The notes below the pieces were generated by a model. The model searched no databases. It was not told the origin of the DNA and saw only the letters and a list, made by a program, of their open reading frames with translations. This document shows positions 22,503-34,438 of a stretch of DNA of 64,000 nt, piece by piece. A program made the position numbers and the translations under genes. The DNA is from Polaromonas sp. Lineage in GTDB: Bacteria; Pseudomonadota; Gammaproteobacteria; Burkholderiales; Burkholderiaceae_C. Positions within the stretch are counted from its first letter, which is position 1; every line of letters begins with the position of its first letter. The stretch lies in NCBI GenBank assembly GCA_040400945.1, contig JBBAPG010000011.1:10400-74399 (forward strand), read 5' to 3'.

Positions 22503-24728
22503 TCAAGCTGTACCGGCTTTGACTTTCAAACGCCAGGCGTGCAGCAGCGGCTCGGTGTAGCCGCTCGGCTGCTCCAGGCCTTTGAACACCAAATCGCAAG
22601 CCGCCTTGTACGCAGCGCTCTTGGCAAAGTTGCCGGCCATCGGCTTGTAGAGCTTGTCGCCCGCGTTTTGCTTGTCCACCACGGCGGCCATGCGCTCGAA
22701 GGTTTCCTTGACTTGTGCCTGCGTGACGACACCGTGCAGCAGCCAGTTGGCGATGTGCTGGCTGGAGATGCGCAGCGTGGCGCGGTCTTCCATCAGGCCG
22801 ACGTTGTGGATGTCGGGCACTTTGGAGCAACCCACGCCTTGGTCGATCCAGCGCACCACGTAGCCCAAGATGCCTTGCGCGTTGTTGTCGAGTTCTTGCT
22901 GCTTTTCAGCGGCGCTCCAGTTGGGCGTGGTGGTCACGGGCACGGTCAGCAAGCCATTCAGCAGTGCAGCGCGCTCTTTGTTGACGTTGATCTTTTCCAT
23001 GTCCTTCTGAATCGCGCTGACCAGTACCTGGTGGTAATGCAACGCGTGCAACGTGGCGCCCGTGGGGCTGGGCACCCAGGCGGTGTTGGCGCCCGCCATG
23101 GGGTGCGCAATTTTTTGCTGCAGCATGGCCTTCATCAGGTCAGGCATGGCCCACATGCCCTTGCCGATTTGCGCCTTGCCGCGCAGGCCGCAGCTCAAAC
23201 CGACCAGCACGTTGTTACGCTCGTAAGACTGGATCCAGGCGCTGGACTTCATGTCGCCCTTGCGGATCATCGGGCCGGCCTGCATGGCGGTGTGCATCTC
23301 GTCGCCGGTGCGGTCCAGGAAGCCGGTGTTGATGAAAGCCACGCGGCTTTCAGCGGCGGCAATGCAGGCCTTCAGGTTGACGCTGGTGCGGCGCTCTTCG
23401 TCCATGATGCCGAGCTTGACGGTGCTGGCGGGCAGGCCCAGCATCTTTTCAACGCGGGTGAAAAGTTCTGCCGCAAAACCGACTTCAGCCGGGCCGTGCA
23501 TCTTGGGCTTGACGATGTAGACCGAGCCCTTGCGCGAGTTGCGGATGGCGTCGTCTTTGCTGCGCTTGAGGTCATGCAGGGCGATGGTGGTGGTGACCAC
23601 GGCGTCCAAGATGCCTTCAGGGATTTCGCGCACTTCACCTTTTTTGTCGGTGTACAGCACGGCCGGGTTGGTCATCAAGTGGCCGACATTGCGCAGGAAC
23701 ATGAGCGAGCGGCCGTGCAGCTTGACGGGCTTGCCCTTGCCAGCGGGTGGGGTGTAAACGCGGTCAGCGTTCAGGCCGCGCGTCAGGGTCTGGCCGCCTT
23801 TTTCAAAGCTCTCGGTCAGCGTGCCTTGCAAGATGCCCAGCCAGTTGCTGTAGGCCAGCACTTTGTCGTCAGCGTCCACCACGGCCACGGAATCTTCGAG
23901 GTCCAAGATCGTGGACAGCGCAGATTCCAGCACCAGGTCGCTCACGCCGGCCGGGTCGGTCTTGCCGATGGCGGTTGCGCGGTTGATTTGGATGTCGAGG
24001 TGCAAGCCGTTGTGCTGCAAGAGCACGCTGCTCGGGTCTTTGGCATCGCCTTGGTAGCCGACGAACTGCTTGGCGTCGGCCAGGCTGGTGTTGCTGCCGT
24101 CTTTGAGTTTGACGGCGAGCTTGCCGTCTTTGATGCGGTAGCCCACCGAGTCCACATGCGAGCCCTTGCGCAGCGGCGCAGTGCGGTCCAGCACGTGGCG
24201 TGCGTATTCGATGACCTTGGCGCCGCGCTTGGCGTTGTAGCCTTTGCCTCCATTGGCTTTGTCGCAGCCATTTTCTTCAGAGATCACGTCAGTGCCATAC
24301 AGCGCGTCATACAGCGAGCCCCAGCGCGCGTTGGCGGCGTTGAGCGCGTAGCGTGCGTTGAGCACGGGCACCACCAGCTGCGGGCCGGCTTGCACGGCCA
24401 GTTCGGCGTCCACGTTGGCGGTGGTGATGCGCACTTTTTTGGGCTGCTCAACGAGGTAGCCAATCTTGGTCAAGAAGGCTTGGTAAGCGGGCATGTCGGC
24501 AATCGGGCCGGGGTTGGCTTTGTGCCAGGCGTCCAGCTCGGTCTGCAAGCGGTCACGCTCGGCCAGCAGCAAGATGTTCTTGGGCGCCAGGTCGGCCACG
24601 ATGGCGTCAAAGCCTTTCCAGAAGGCGGCGCTCTTGATGCCCGTGCCGGGCAGCACTTTGTCTTCAATGAACTGGTGCAGCGAAGTGGCGACTTGAAGGC
24701 GGTGGCAAGTGGTACGGGCAGTGGACAC
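22503..24728 (-). CDS. glcB: malate synthase G
   Basis: 741 aa. The N-terminal sequence [15 protein letters not shown] is followed by typical MSG blocks: [47 protein letters not shown]. Confidence 0.95.
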   Translation of the reverse strand: MSTARTTCHRLQVATSLHQFIEDKVLPGTGIKSAAFWKGFDAIVADLAPKNILLLAERDRLQTELDAWHKANPGPIADMPAYQAFLTKIGYLVEQPKKVRITTANVDAELAVQAGPQLVVPVLNARYALNAANARWGSLYDALYGTDVISEENGCDKANGGKGYNAKRGAKVIEYARHVLDRTAPLRKGSHVDSVGYRIKDGKLAVKLKDGSNTSLADAKQFVGYQGDAKDPSSVLLQHNGLHLDIQINRATAIGKTDPAGVSDLVLESALSTILDLEDSVAVVDADDKVLAYSNWLGILQGTLTESFEKGGQTLTRGLNADRVYTPPAGKGKPVKLHGRSLMFLRNVGHLMTNPAVLYTDKKGEVREIPEGILDAVVTTTIALHDLKRSKDDAIRNSRKGSVYIVKPKMHGPAEVGFAAELFTRVEKMLGLPASTVKLGIMDEERRTSVNLKACIAAAESRVAFINTGFLDRTGDEMHTAMQAGPMIRKGDMKSSAWIQSYERNNVLVGLSCGLRGKAQIGKGMWAMPDLMKAMLQQKIAHPMAGANTAWVPSPTGATLHALHYHQVLVSAIQKDMEKINVNKERAALLNGLLTVPVTTTPNWSAAEKQQELDNNAQGILGYVVRWIDQGVGCSKVPDIHNVGLMEDRATLRISSQHIANWLLHGVVTQAQVKETFERMAAVVDKQNAGDKLYKPMAGNFAKSAAYKAACDLVFKGLEQPSGYTEPLLHAWRLKVKAGTA

Positions 24729-24810
24729 AGATTTCTCCTGGCAGGGTCAAAAACTAAAAACTAAAAAGACGAAAGCGGAAAAGCGTGGAAGCGTAAGGGG
24801 CGAAGCTTAC

Positions 24811-25545
24811 TCAAAACGGAAAGAAGCCCAGCACATCGCGCAGCGTGCTGCCCGTGCGCGTGGGCTGCGTGCCGAGTTCTTCAAAAGGCAATTGATAGCG
24901 GTTGACCCACAGCGTCTGGTAGCCAAACCAGGTCGCGCCCAGCGCGTCCCAGCCGTTGCTACTGACAAACAGCACCTGCGCGGCCGGCAGCTTGAGCGTG
25001 CCGGTGCCCAGCGCGTAAGCGTCAGGGTGCGTCTTGTACTGGCGAATGCTGTCCACGCTGATGACGTGGTCCAACAAGCCGTCAAAGCCCGCGCTGCGCA
25101 CCGCAATGCCCAGCATTTCCGGGTCGCCATTGCTCAAGATGCCGGTGGCAATGCCGCGATCTTTCAAGGCCTGCAAGACCTCGCGGTTTTCCGGAAAGGC
25201 CGACAGGTGCCGGTACTGGTTCATCAGCCGCTGCTCGGCCTCGGTGGTCAGCGTCAAGTTCAGTCGCTTGCAGGCGTAGCGCAAGCCGGCCAGCGTCAAG
25301 TCCCAAAACGGCACATATACAGACTCACGCTGCGGCCCGCGCTTGCTGGTGGTCACCAGTCGGGTGTATTCAATCTGCTTGTCACGCCACAGCACGCCAA
25401 GGGCCTGACCCTGACCGGGGAACAACTGCTCCGCCAGCAGGCCGACGCTGTACACGTCAAACAGGGTGCCGTAGGCGTCAAACAGCACCGCGCGAGGGGG
25501 CGTGGTGGAAGGCGCAGGGGCTGGCCGAGGGCGGGAAGTGTCCAT
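24811..25545 (-). CDS. haloacid dehalogenase type II (HAD superfamily)
   Basis: Lies within ORF 24811..25707, with the ATG at 25545 as start. Motifs are LFDAYGTLFDV (the DxYGT nucleophile motif), ILSNG and FVSSNGWD. Confidence 0.8.
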   Translation of the reverse strand: MDTSRPRPAPAPSTTPPRAVLFDAYGTLFDVYSVGLLAEQLFPGQGQALGVLWRDKQIEYTRLVTTSKRGPQRESVYVPFWDLTLAGLRYACKRLNLTLTTEAEQRLMNQYRHLSAFPENREVLQALKDRGIATGILSNGDPEMLGIAVRSAGFDGLLDHVISVDSIRQYKTHPDAYALGTGTLKLPAAQVLFVSSNGWDALGATWFGYQTLWVNRYQLPFEELGTQPTRTGSTLRDVLGFFPF

Positions 25546-25693
25546 GGTATGAACTGTATTGCCAACTTGGACGGGGATTAATGTGGGCGGATGAGGTTTA
25601 TCTGTGACTTTTATGCGGAGATCGCCTCCCAGCACCAAATGCCAGCATTTGTATATAGTGCAGTCATTGATGTATTTTTGGGGAGATGAAGTC

Positions 25694-25951
25694 ATGGCAG
25701 TCCTCACCGTTAGAAATCTGCCCGACGCGGTTCACCGTGCGCTTCGCCTGCGGGCGGCGCATCACGGGCGCAGCACCGAGGCCGAAATCCGAGACATTCT
25801 GGAAAAGGCCGCCTTGCCGGTTGAGCGCGTCAAGCTTGGCTCTTTACTGGCGTCCATCGCCCGCGACGCAGGACCGCTTACCGAGGCTGAAGCAGAACAC
25901 TTCAACCAGCTCCGCGACACAACCCCGGCCGAGCCGATGAGGTTCGAATGA
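25694..25951 (+). CDS. vapB: type II antitoxin, FitA/VapB (Arc/RHH-like) family
   Basis: MAVLTVRNLPDAVHRALRLRAAHHGRSTEAEIRDILE. GGGAGA lies 7 nt upstream of the ATG. There is a 4-nt overlap with the PIN gene. Confidence 0.75.
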   Translation: MAVLTVRNLPDAVHRALRLRAAHHGRSTEAEIRDILEKAALPVERVKLGSLLASIARDAGPLTEAEAEHFNQLRDTTPAEPMRFE

Positions 25952-26373
25952 TCCTCATCGACACCAACGTCATTTCTGAGTTGTGGAAAGCCGAGCCGAA
26001 TCCCGACGTATTGAGCTGGATCGATGCGCAGGCCATTGAGACGCTGTATTTGTCTGCCGTCACGGTGGCAGAGCTGCGCTTTGGGCTGGCCGCCATGCCG
26101 GAAGGCAAGCGCCGCACCCTCTACCAAGATCGCTTGGAAAACGAAGTCTTGCCGACGTTCACAGACCGCGTGCTGCCCTTCGATCTGGCCGCTTCGCAGG
26201 CCTATGCCGACTTGATGGCCGGGGCGAGGTTAGCGGGCAAAGCCATTGGCAAGGCCGACGGCTACATCGCCGCCACCGCCTGCGCACGCGGCCTCATGGT
26301 GGCGACGCGCGACATCAACCCTTTCGAGGCAGCGAGGCTGAAATTTGTGAACCCCTGGGAGCGGCCCCTTTAA
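25948..26373 (+). CDS. vapC: type II toxin, PIN-domain ribonuclease VapC/FitB
   Basis: MILIDTNVISE..., followed by the later acidic residues of the PIN fold (...GYIAATA...ATRD). Confidence 0.85.
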   Translation: MILIDTNVISELWKAEPNPDVLSWIDAQAIETLYLSAVTVAELRFGLAAMPEGKRRTLYQDRLENEVLPTFTDRVLPFDLAASQAYADLMAGARLAGKAIGKADGYIAATACARGLMVATRDINPFEAARLKFVNPWERPL

Positions 26374-26431
26374 GCGGACTTCATCCGCGTCCCCGCCGTC
26401 TAGGCTGCAGGTGAAGACCACACCGGCGTGC

Positions 26432-26731
26432 TCATGTGTTGCCCCTTTGGAGCTTGGCCAGCGCGTACTGCGTGAGCGCCGGGTCGCGCTCTGGCGCCAG
26501 GACTTCATCGAGTTCACGCAGCATTTGCATCGCGTCCAGCACCCGGGCCAAAGTGCCCAGCGCCACGCCCGGATGCCCCTTTTCAAGCGCCACGATAGAG
26601 CTTGCGCCCACGCCCGCCCAATGCGCCAAGTCCCGCTGGTTCAAGCCACGCGCACGCCGAGCCGTCGCCACGCGGCGGCCTAGCGCTTCCAGCGCATTGG
26701 AGGGGAGTAGAGGGAAAGGGACTGAGCTCAT
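26432..26731 (-). CDS. XRE family HTH protein (HipB/Y4mF-like), with no cognate toxin gene adjacent
   Basis: The HTH is RRARGLNQRDLAHWAGVGASSIVALEKG. Only 58 nt separate it from the convergent vapC. Confidence 0.7.
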   Translation of the reverse strand: MSSVPFPLLPSNALEALGRRVATARRARGLNQRDLAHWAGVGASSIVALEKGHPGVALGTLARVLDAMQMLRELDEVLAPERDPALTQYALAKLQRGNT

Positions 26732-26801
26732 AAATTACTGAAATATCAATCTGAAAAATGGTTTCCAGGTTGATTTTGCAGTAATTTTGAGATTTAGTAC
26801 A

Positions 26802-27275
26802 TCAGGGCACTTGCCGCCCCAAGCCATCGCGCGCCGTCGCCAGTTGCCGCTTGGCATACCGCGCCATCCGGCCCGGCGTCCAGGCCCACGGCCTAGACAA
26901 GCCACTGGCGGCGGCCAAGGCCTCGCTGCAAAAGTACTTGCGGGCGCTGCCCAGCTTCCAGGGCAACACAAAAGTCAGCAGACCCACATAGTCATAGCCA
27001 GCGCTGTCGTGCTTCGCAAACCAGTCCGTTACCGCCGCTTCGTCAGCGCGCCAAGGCAACATGTCCCAGTGGCCATTTGCAAGATCAATGCGCTTGACGC
27101 GCACACCGCCATCTCGGCCGCTGCTGCTGTAGCAGGTAGACAAACCATCTGGCCCCACACCGCCAATGACAATCTCGACGTGGCTGTAAGGACTGAAAGT
27201 GCGGACGCAGACCGCCCAGTGGATCAGGCGATCCATGGGTTCTGTTGCCGGGCCTTTGTAGAGTGCTATTTGCAT
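26802..27275 (-). CDS. hypothetical protein, possibly a permuted papain-fold (NlpC/P60/YiiX-like) protein of phage origin
   Basis: 157-aa ORF. A His-containing motif (YSHVEIV) precedes a Cys motif (YFCSEA), which is the order seen in permuted NlpC/P60 proteins. The family call is weak. Confidence 0.4.
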   Translation of the reverse strand: MQIALYKGPATEPMDRLIHWAVCVRTFSPYSHVEIVIGGVGPDGLSTCYSSSGRDGGVRVKRIDLANGHWDMLPWRADEAAVTDWFAKHDSAGYDYVGLLTFVLPWKLGSARKYFCSEALAAASGLSRPWAWTPGRMARYAKRQLATARDGLGRQVP

Positions 27276-27384
27276 GAGGGGTCCTGCGGTAATGGGGTCG
27301 GCTTTTTACCGCAGGGGCTTCATTGGGGTGGGGGAAATTGACTTGGGGTGGGCATAACCCCACGCAAAACGAGGAAAGCTCGGC

Positions 27385-27409
27385 AAAAAAAACCCACGAG
27401 ATGTGGGCT
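27385..27409 (-). terminator. candidate intrinsic terminator at the distal end of the CRISPR array
   Basis: On the minus strand the sequence reads GCCCAC-AUCUC-GUGGGU followed by U8. The stem is short (5-6 bp). Confidence 0.4.
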
Positions 27410-27547
27410 TGAGTCAGGAAGGGCGCGACGCCTTCGTAATAACGGTGCCATGAGCATTGCGTCTGGCTGGTGCATTTCCAGTCCACTGACAAGCTTTAAT
27501 TCTAGATCCGCTTCCAATATTTTCATATTTCTAGTCCTTTTCCTGCT

Positions 27548-30500
27548 GCTATCGGGCACACAGCTTTGGGGAACACCAGCGCCTGGCCTTTGTCGAGTTG
27601 CGGCCGGACGGTTCATCCCCACGCACGTGGGGAACACCACCAGCACGGTGGAGTGCGTCAAGCTGGAGGCGCTTCATCCCCACGCGCGTGGGGAACACAG
27701 CAGCACATACGCACGGCCGCTTTTGACTTGCGGTTCATCCCAACGCGCGTGGGGAACACGCGATAGAGGAAGGCAAGCCGCAGTCCGAAGACGGTTCATC
27801 CCGCGCACGTAGGGAACACCTGCCATCGCGGTCAGGACGATAGACGTCGCCCGGTTCATCCCCACGCACGTGGGGAACACGCAGTCATGGCCGCCAACGC
27901 CCGCTCCGTCCTCGGTTCATCCCCACGCAGGTGGGGAACACCTTGACGCAAGGGGAGCGGCATAAATTCAGTCCGGTTCATCCCCACGCACGTAGGGAAC
28001 ACCCCTTGAGAACGTTGATACCCATGACGGGCTCCGGTTCATCCCCACACACGTGGGGAACACGAGGGATCGGATCACCGCCGCCGAAAGCCGGGACGGT
28101 TCATCCCCACGCACATGGGGAACACGCCCGCGATGCCGACTAGGCCCGCGCCGTGGTCCGGTTCATCCCCACGCACGTGGGGAACACTGCGGATCGAGGA
28201 AGAGCTGAGCGCTGCGCACCGGTTCATCCCCACGCACGTGGGGAACACGCCACCCGCGCCGGCTGCGCTGTCAAACCACGCGGTTCATCCCCACGCACGT
28301 GGGGAACACGCTCCGGGCTGCGCTCCGCGCCAGTCAGGGCGCGGTTCATCCCCACGCACGTGGGGAACACTGGTCTTCAGCCGTCATGCTGATCTGCTGA
28401 TACGGTTCATCCCCACGCACGTGGGGAACACTCATGCCGGGCAATGATCGTGTGCGCCCAGTTCGGTTCATCCCCACGCACGTGGGGAACACACAGAGGC
28501 TGAACTACCCACAATTATCAAAGCCGGTTCATCCCCACGCACGTGGGGAACACATGACGGGCGACTTCGCCGGGGCATCCACCGCCGGTTCATCCCCACG
28601 CACGTGGGGAACACCCATGCCGCGCGGTGGGCGTAGTAGAGGCCGTCGGTTCATCCCCACGCACGTGGGGAACACACTGCTGTTTTGGTTTACTCATGGC
28701 TTGGATCCGGTTCATCCCCACGCACGTGGGGAACACTGGCCTAAAGTTGCGTTGGCGTTGCCCGCAAACGGTTCATCCCCACGCACGTGGGGAACACAAT
28801 GTCAAAGAGTTCGTCGAGGATGCTCATGGCGGTTCATCCCCACGCACGTGGGGAACACAGGCGCCTTCGGCCTCTAGACCGAACGTTTCCCGGTTCATCC
28901 CCACGCACGTGGGGAACACGTGAATGTCCCACCCGGGAAAAAGGTAAGCGCCGGTTCATCCCCACGCACGTGGGGAACACCAAGCGAACACGCGCGGTAG
29001 CCGCTGGGTCTGCGGTTCATCCCCACGCACGTGGGGAACACGACCAGGCGCAGGCCGCTGAGCCCTTCAATCGCGGTTCATCCCCACGCACGTGGGGAAC
29101 ACCATGTCCAGGGTCGGTGATCCCGTGGGTATGGCGGTTCATCCCCACGCACGTGGGGAACACGCTGTGGCCACGTCTGCAAAGCTGCCTGTCGCCGGTT
29201 CATCCCCACGCACGTGGGGAACACCTTAACAAAGGCGGGCGCCAGGGCCCGGGTTCCGGTTCATCCCCACGCACGTGGGGAACACGGCTTGCCCAGGCCT
29301 TCAAGCGCCGGATCGTGCGGTTCATCCCCACGCACGTGGGGAACACATGACAGCAACAGTCGGCTTTACGTTGGGTTTCGGTTCATCCCCACGCACGTGG
29401 GGAACACCTTAACAAAGGCGGGCGCCAGGGCCCGGGTTCCGGTTCATCCCCACGCACGTGGGGAACACGGCTTGCCCAGGCCTTCAAGCGCCGGATCGTG
29501 CGGTTCATCCCCACGCACGTGGGGAACACATGACAGCAACAGTCGGCTTTACGTTGGGTTTCGGTTCATCCCCACGCACGTGGGGAACACCTTAACAAAG
29601 GCGGGCGCCAGGGCCCGGGTTCCGGTTCATCCCCACGCACGTGGGGAACACATGACAGCAACAGTCGGCTTTACGTTGGGTTTCGGTTCATCCCCACGCA
29701 CGTGGGGAACACTCCCCGGCTGCGCTTGGGCTTTCGCTTTGCGCCGGTTCATCCCCACGCACGTGGGGAACACAGGATGTCCAAGTAAGTCATCGCGATC
29801 ACCGTCGGTTCATCCCCACGCACGTGGGGAACACGCGGGCAAATGCCTGGGTGCCGTTCTCGATCAGCGGTTCATCCCCACGCACGTGGGGAACACCGTT
29901 CTGCGTGGTGCTGGTTCGATTGGTGCTACGGTTCATCCCCACGCACGTGGGGAACACACCGAAAGCCGCGGCGCCAACATCGAAGCCGACGGTTCATCCC
30001 CACGCACGTGGGGAACACACGAATCTCAGACTTGCGACCGGCGGTCGATACGGTTCATCCCCACGCACGTGGGGAACACTTGAAAATTCCAACGGCAATA
30101 TCCAACCCATCCGGTTCATCCCCACGCACGTGGGGAACACGGTCAGCGCCTGGAGTTTTACGAGCGTGGAGACGGTTCATCCCCACGCACGTGGGGAACA
30201 CGTGATCTTGCACAGCCACCGCAACGCTATCCGCGGTTCATCCCCACGCACGTGGGGAACACAGCTGGCGGCTGTTCTCGGTGGTCTGAAATTCCGGTTC
30301 ATCCCCACGCACGTGGGGAACACTCCTGACGCTGACTCAAGTACGCTGCTCATGGCGGTTCATCCCCACGCACGTGGGGAACACTTGCGACTGCCTATCC
30401 AATGCTCCGCCATAGCCGGTTCATCCCCACGCACGTGGGGAACACGGTGACCCCAGCCTTGACGGCGCGGTCTACTTGCGGTTCATCCCCACGCACGTGG

Positions 30501-32466
30501 GGAACACTTGGCCTGATTCGAGATTGAGGCCCTCAATGACGGTTCATCCCCACGCACGTGGGGAACACGATGCCGAAGCCGAGGGCACTCCGGGCTACCA
30601 GCGGTTCATCCCCACGCACGTGGGGAACACGGTTGGCCTCGATCTGGCGGATGTCTGAGAGCCGGTTCATCCCCACGCACGTGGGGAACACGCTGGGGAG
30701 GAACTGCCCAAGGCCGCGTTATCACGGTTCATCCCCACGCACGTGGGGAACACTCCGTGGCGAATCACGCGCAAGGCGTTGTCTACGGTTCATCCCCACG
30801 CACGTGGGGAACACCGGCAAAGCTAGAACGCGAACGACTGCGAGACCGGTTCATCCCCACGCACGTGGGGAACACCTAGGTTACCCAAGCATCAACATCC
30901 TGGGCCGCGGTTCATCCCCACGCACGTGGGGAACACCGCAGGATCAATGCTCTGGCAAAGCCCCACGACGGTTCATCCCCACGCACGTGGGGAACACGTG
31001 GTGGATGAGGGCGAGCGCGTCAAAGATGCCGGTTCATCCCCACGCACGTGGGGAACACAAACATGCCGTCATCACGGAGATAAACCGCGACGGTTCATCC
31101 CCACGCACGTGGGGAACACCAGTGCAAGCCAGCGGTGGAAGGCGCGATTTACGGTTCATCCCCACGCACGTGGGGAACACCAGATACAAAATCGGGGTCG
31201 TGTCGCCAGTGGCGGTTCATCCCCACGCACGTGGGGAACACACTGATTGGATAAAAGCCCTGAAGTCTGCGATCGGTTCATCCCCACGCACGTGGGGAAC
31301 ACGCCCAACCGGCGCGCTGCACGCCATCCCTCAGAGCGGTTCATCCCCACGCACGTGGGGAACACCTGTCACCTCCGGCGTGTACGTGGCTTTCAGGCGG
31401 TTCATCCCCACGCACGTGGGGAACACGTCCTGCCCACCACCGGCGGCTACACAAAGGACGGTTCATCCCCACGCACGTGGGGAACACCGCGGCGCCATGA
31501 CCACCGAAGACACCAGGGCCGGTTCATCCCCACGCACGTGGGGAACACTATCGAAGCGTCTCCCCCGATGGTCTGACTGACGGTTCATCCCCACGCACGT
31601 GGGGAACACCGCTCCCACACGGCCGCGAATCGCCCGGAGGCGGTTCATCCCCACGCACGTGGGGAACACACCGCGTCCGACAAGTCGGGCAAGCTGTCGT
31701 TCGGTTCATCCCCACGCACGTGGGGAACACTGCGGCGATTGTCGAGAGGCACGGTCACCACGTCGGTTCATCCCCACGCACGTGGGGAACACGGTGGTGG
31801 TGGACGGCGCGGCGGTGACAAGTACGGTTCATCCCCACGCACGTGGGGAACACGAGCGGGTGAACGATGGAGATGTGCCACCAAGCACGGTTCATCCCCA
31901 CGCACGTGGGGAACACCACACGTAAGCGGCAGTGTCAGGCCAGTGGCGCGGTTCATCCCCACGCACGTGGGGAACACGCCTCCCACGTGATAGCGATGAT
32001 CTGACCGTACGGTTCATCCCCACGCACGTGGGGAACACTCCTGTCCAGGACGGTCAATTGCAAGGGCGCACGGTTCATCCCCACGCACGTGGGGAACACA
32101 CCTCTGCGATCTTCGGCATCAAGAAGGTCCGCGGTTCATCCCCACGCACGTGGGGAACACGCGGTATGAATGCGGTGCAGGCTGGCAGTGGCGCGGTTCA
32201 TCCCCACGCACGTGGGGAACACCACTTGGCTGAGACGAAGAAGCTCAGATAGGCCGGTTCATCCCCACGCACGTGGGGAACACTTGCGTGGCCTGCAGCT
32301 GGTCTGCGGCGAATGCGGTTCATCCCCACGCACGTGGGGAACACGATGGCGTCAGGCAGTTGGTCGGGGGCGTCGTCGGTTCATCCCCACGCACGTGGGG
32401 AACACTCACGGCGGCGGCGGGCTCCGCTGCTGTGGCACGGTTCATCCCCACGCACGTGGGGAACAC
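27548..32466 (-). CRISPR. type I-E CRISPR array: 80 full repeats plus 1 degenerate terminal repeat, about 80 spacers
   Basis: On the plus strand the repeat is CGGTTCATCCCCACGCACGTGGGGAACAC. In the transcription sense (minus strand) it is GTGTTCCCCACGTGCGTGGGGATGAACCG, with the I-E hallmark hairpin and the ATGAACCG 5' handle. I located every repeat from 27609 to 32438. The period is 61 bp with mostly 32-nt spacers; eight spacers are 33 nt, two are 34 nt and one is 31 nt. Repeats are degenerate at the low-coordinate (trailer) end. The leader and cas2 lie at the high-coordinate end. Confidence 0.97.
29196..29683. repeat. tandem duplication of a 183-bp three-spacer block within the array (copies at 29196-29378 and 29379-29561; partial third copy at 29562-29683)
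   Basis: The spacers are A=CTTAACAAAGGCGGGCGCCAGGGCCCGGGTTC, B=GGCTTGCCCAGGCCTTCAAGCGCCGGATCGTG and C=ATGACAGCAACAGTCGGCTTTACGTTGGGTTT. They occur in the order A-B-C-A-B-C-A-C. Confidence 0.95.
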
Positions 32467-32551
32467 ACCAAATCTAACTCTTTGAATTTAAAGGATTATT
32501 CGAACAGGAAAAAACTCACCGAGTTTTCGCGCGGTCTGGAACCAAGCCTAG
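32467..32551 (-). promoter_or_regulatory. CRISPR leader (AT-rich, between the cas2 stop and the first repeat)
   Basis: This 85-nt AT-rich stretch (...TTTAAATTCAAAGAGTTAGATTTGGT on the minus strand) directly abuts the repeat at 32438-32466. Its position is canonical for I-E loci. Confidence 0.7.
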
Positions 32552-33745
<1,194 letters not shown>

Positions 33746-33749
<4 letters not shown>

Positions 33750-34438
33750 AAAGCCCGTTGAACCAGGAGCAAGCCGCAGCCCATGCCTTTCGCGCTGCCG
33801 ATGCCCTTAAACAGAGCGGGCATGAAAGCATCAACATCCGTAATCAAGAGTTGGCCAGCCAAGTCAATGGTGCTCATGGTGAGTGACCGGTCTTTGCGTT
33901 CTTGGTGCTGCTCGTAGCTGTTCACGACCAACTTTTCAGGCACTAACTCGAACCCCAGCCTTTCGCCTCGGCGAGCTAACCAGTGCTCGGTTGCCTTCTG
34001 CACCAAAGCATACGTGTCTGGCTTGTCGTCACCGGTCCAGTCTGACCATCGCTTCAAACCGCGTTGGTGCAAGAGCTGCTTTTTGGCCTCCATCACTACA
34101 TCGTGGCGCTTGGACTTGCCATCACGGCCATGGCGCACTGTGGGGTTAGCGCGCAGCTCGAATTGCAGAACATCACCCATCGCCAATTTGGGGGCATAGT
34201 GCTTGGTTTCGGAACGCCAATGACCCAAATGCGGGACGGGCATGCGTTCAGAGACCACATAAAACCGCACGGCACCATCAACTGAATGCCGCCTGAACAA
34301 ATAGTCCCGCTGCGTCCCTGGCTCTGAAGGAAACCAATGCCAAAGCCACTGATGGTCGTCATAGAGTTCGTCAGCATTCAGCGCTTGAAACGCAAGTCGG
34401 CTTTCGCCTTCCTTTGGCTTGATTTCACTCAGGTACAT
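33746..34438 (-). CDS. cas6e: CRISPR RNA endoribonuclease Cas6e (CasE/Cse3)
   Basis: Lies within ORF 33746..34540, with the ATG at 34438 as start (MYLSEIKPKEG...). The C-terminal sequence GIGSAKGMGCGLLLV is the Cas6e G-rich loop. Gene order supports the call. Confidence 0.85.

Noticed and set aside
22452-24764. 770-aa plus-strand ORF.
   Set aside because: It is antisense to malate synthase G, which has unmistakable motifs. Its sequence is Ala/Gly/Val/His-rich and low in complexity, as is typical of shadow ORFs in GC-rich DNA. The same reasoning applies to 19513..20994(-), 41535..43463(-), 8123..9202(-), 2876..3844(+), 61044..62054(-), 55635..56888(-) and similar ORFs.
27318-27380. Two further repeat-like fragments beyond the terminal repeat (GCTTCATTGGGGTGGGGGAAATTGAC and CATAACCCCACGCAAAACGAGGAAAGC).
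   Set aside because: The similarity is weak and out of phase with the 61-bp period. I mention it only as possible array debris, not as a feature.
27480-27547. An AT-rich stretch at the low-coordinate end of the array, considered as a possible second leader or as evidence for the opposite array orientation.
   Set aside because: Repeat degeneracy accumulates at this end. The cas1-cas2 genes and a better AT-rich leader abut the other end. The repeat orientation matches the I-E consensus on the minus strand.
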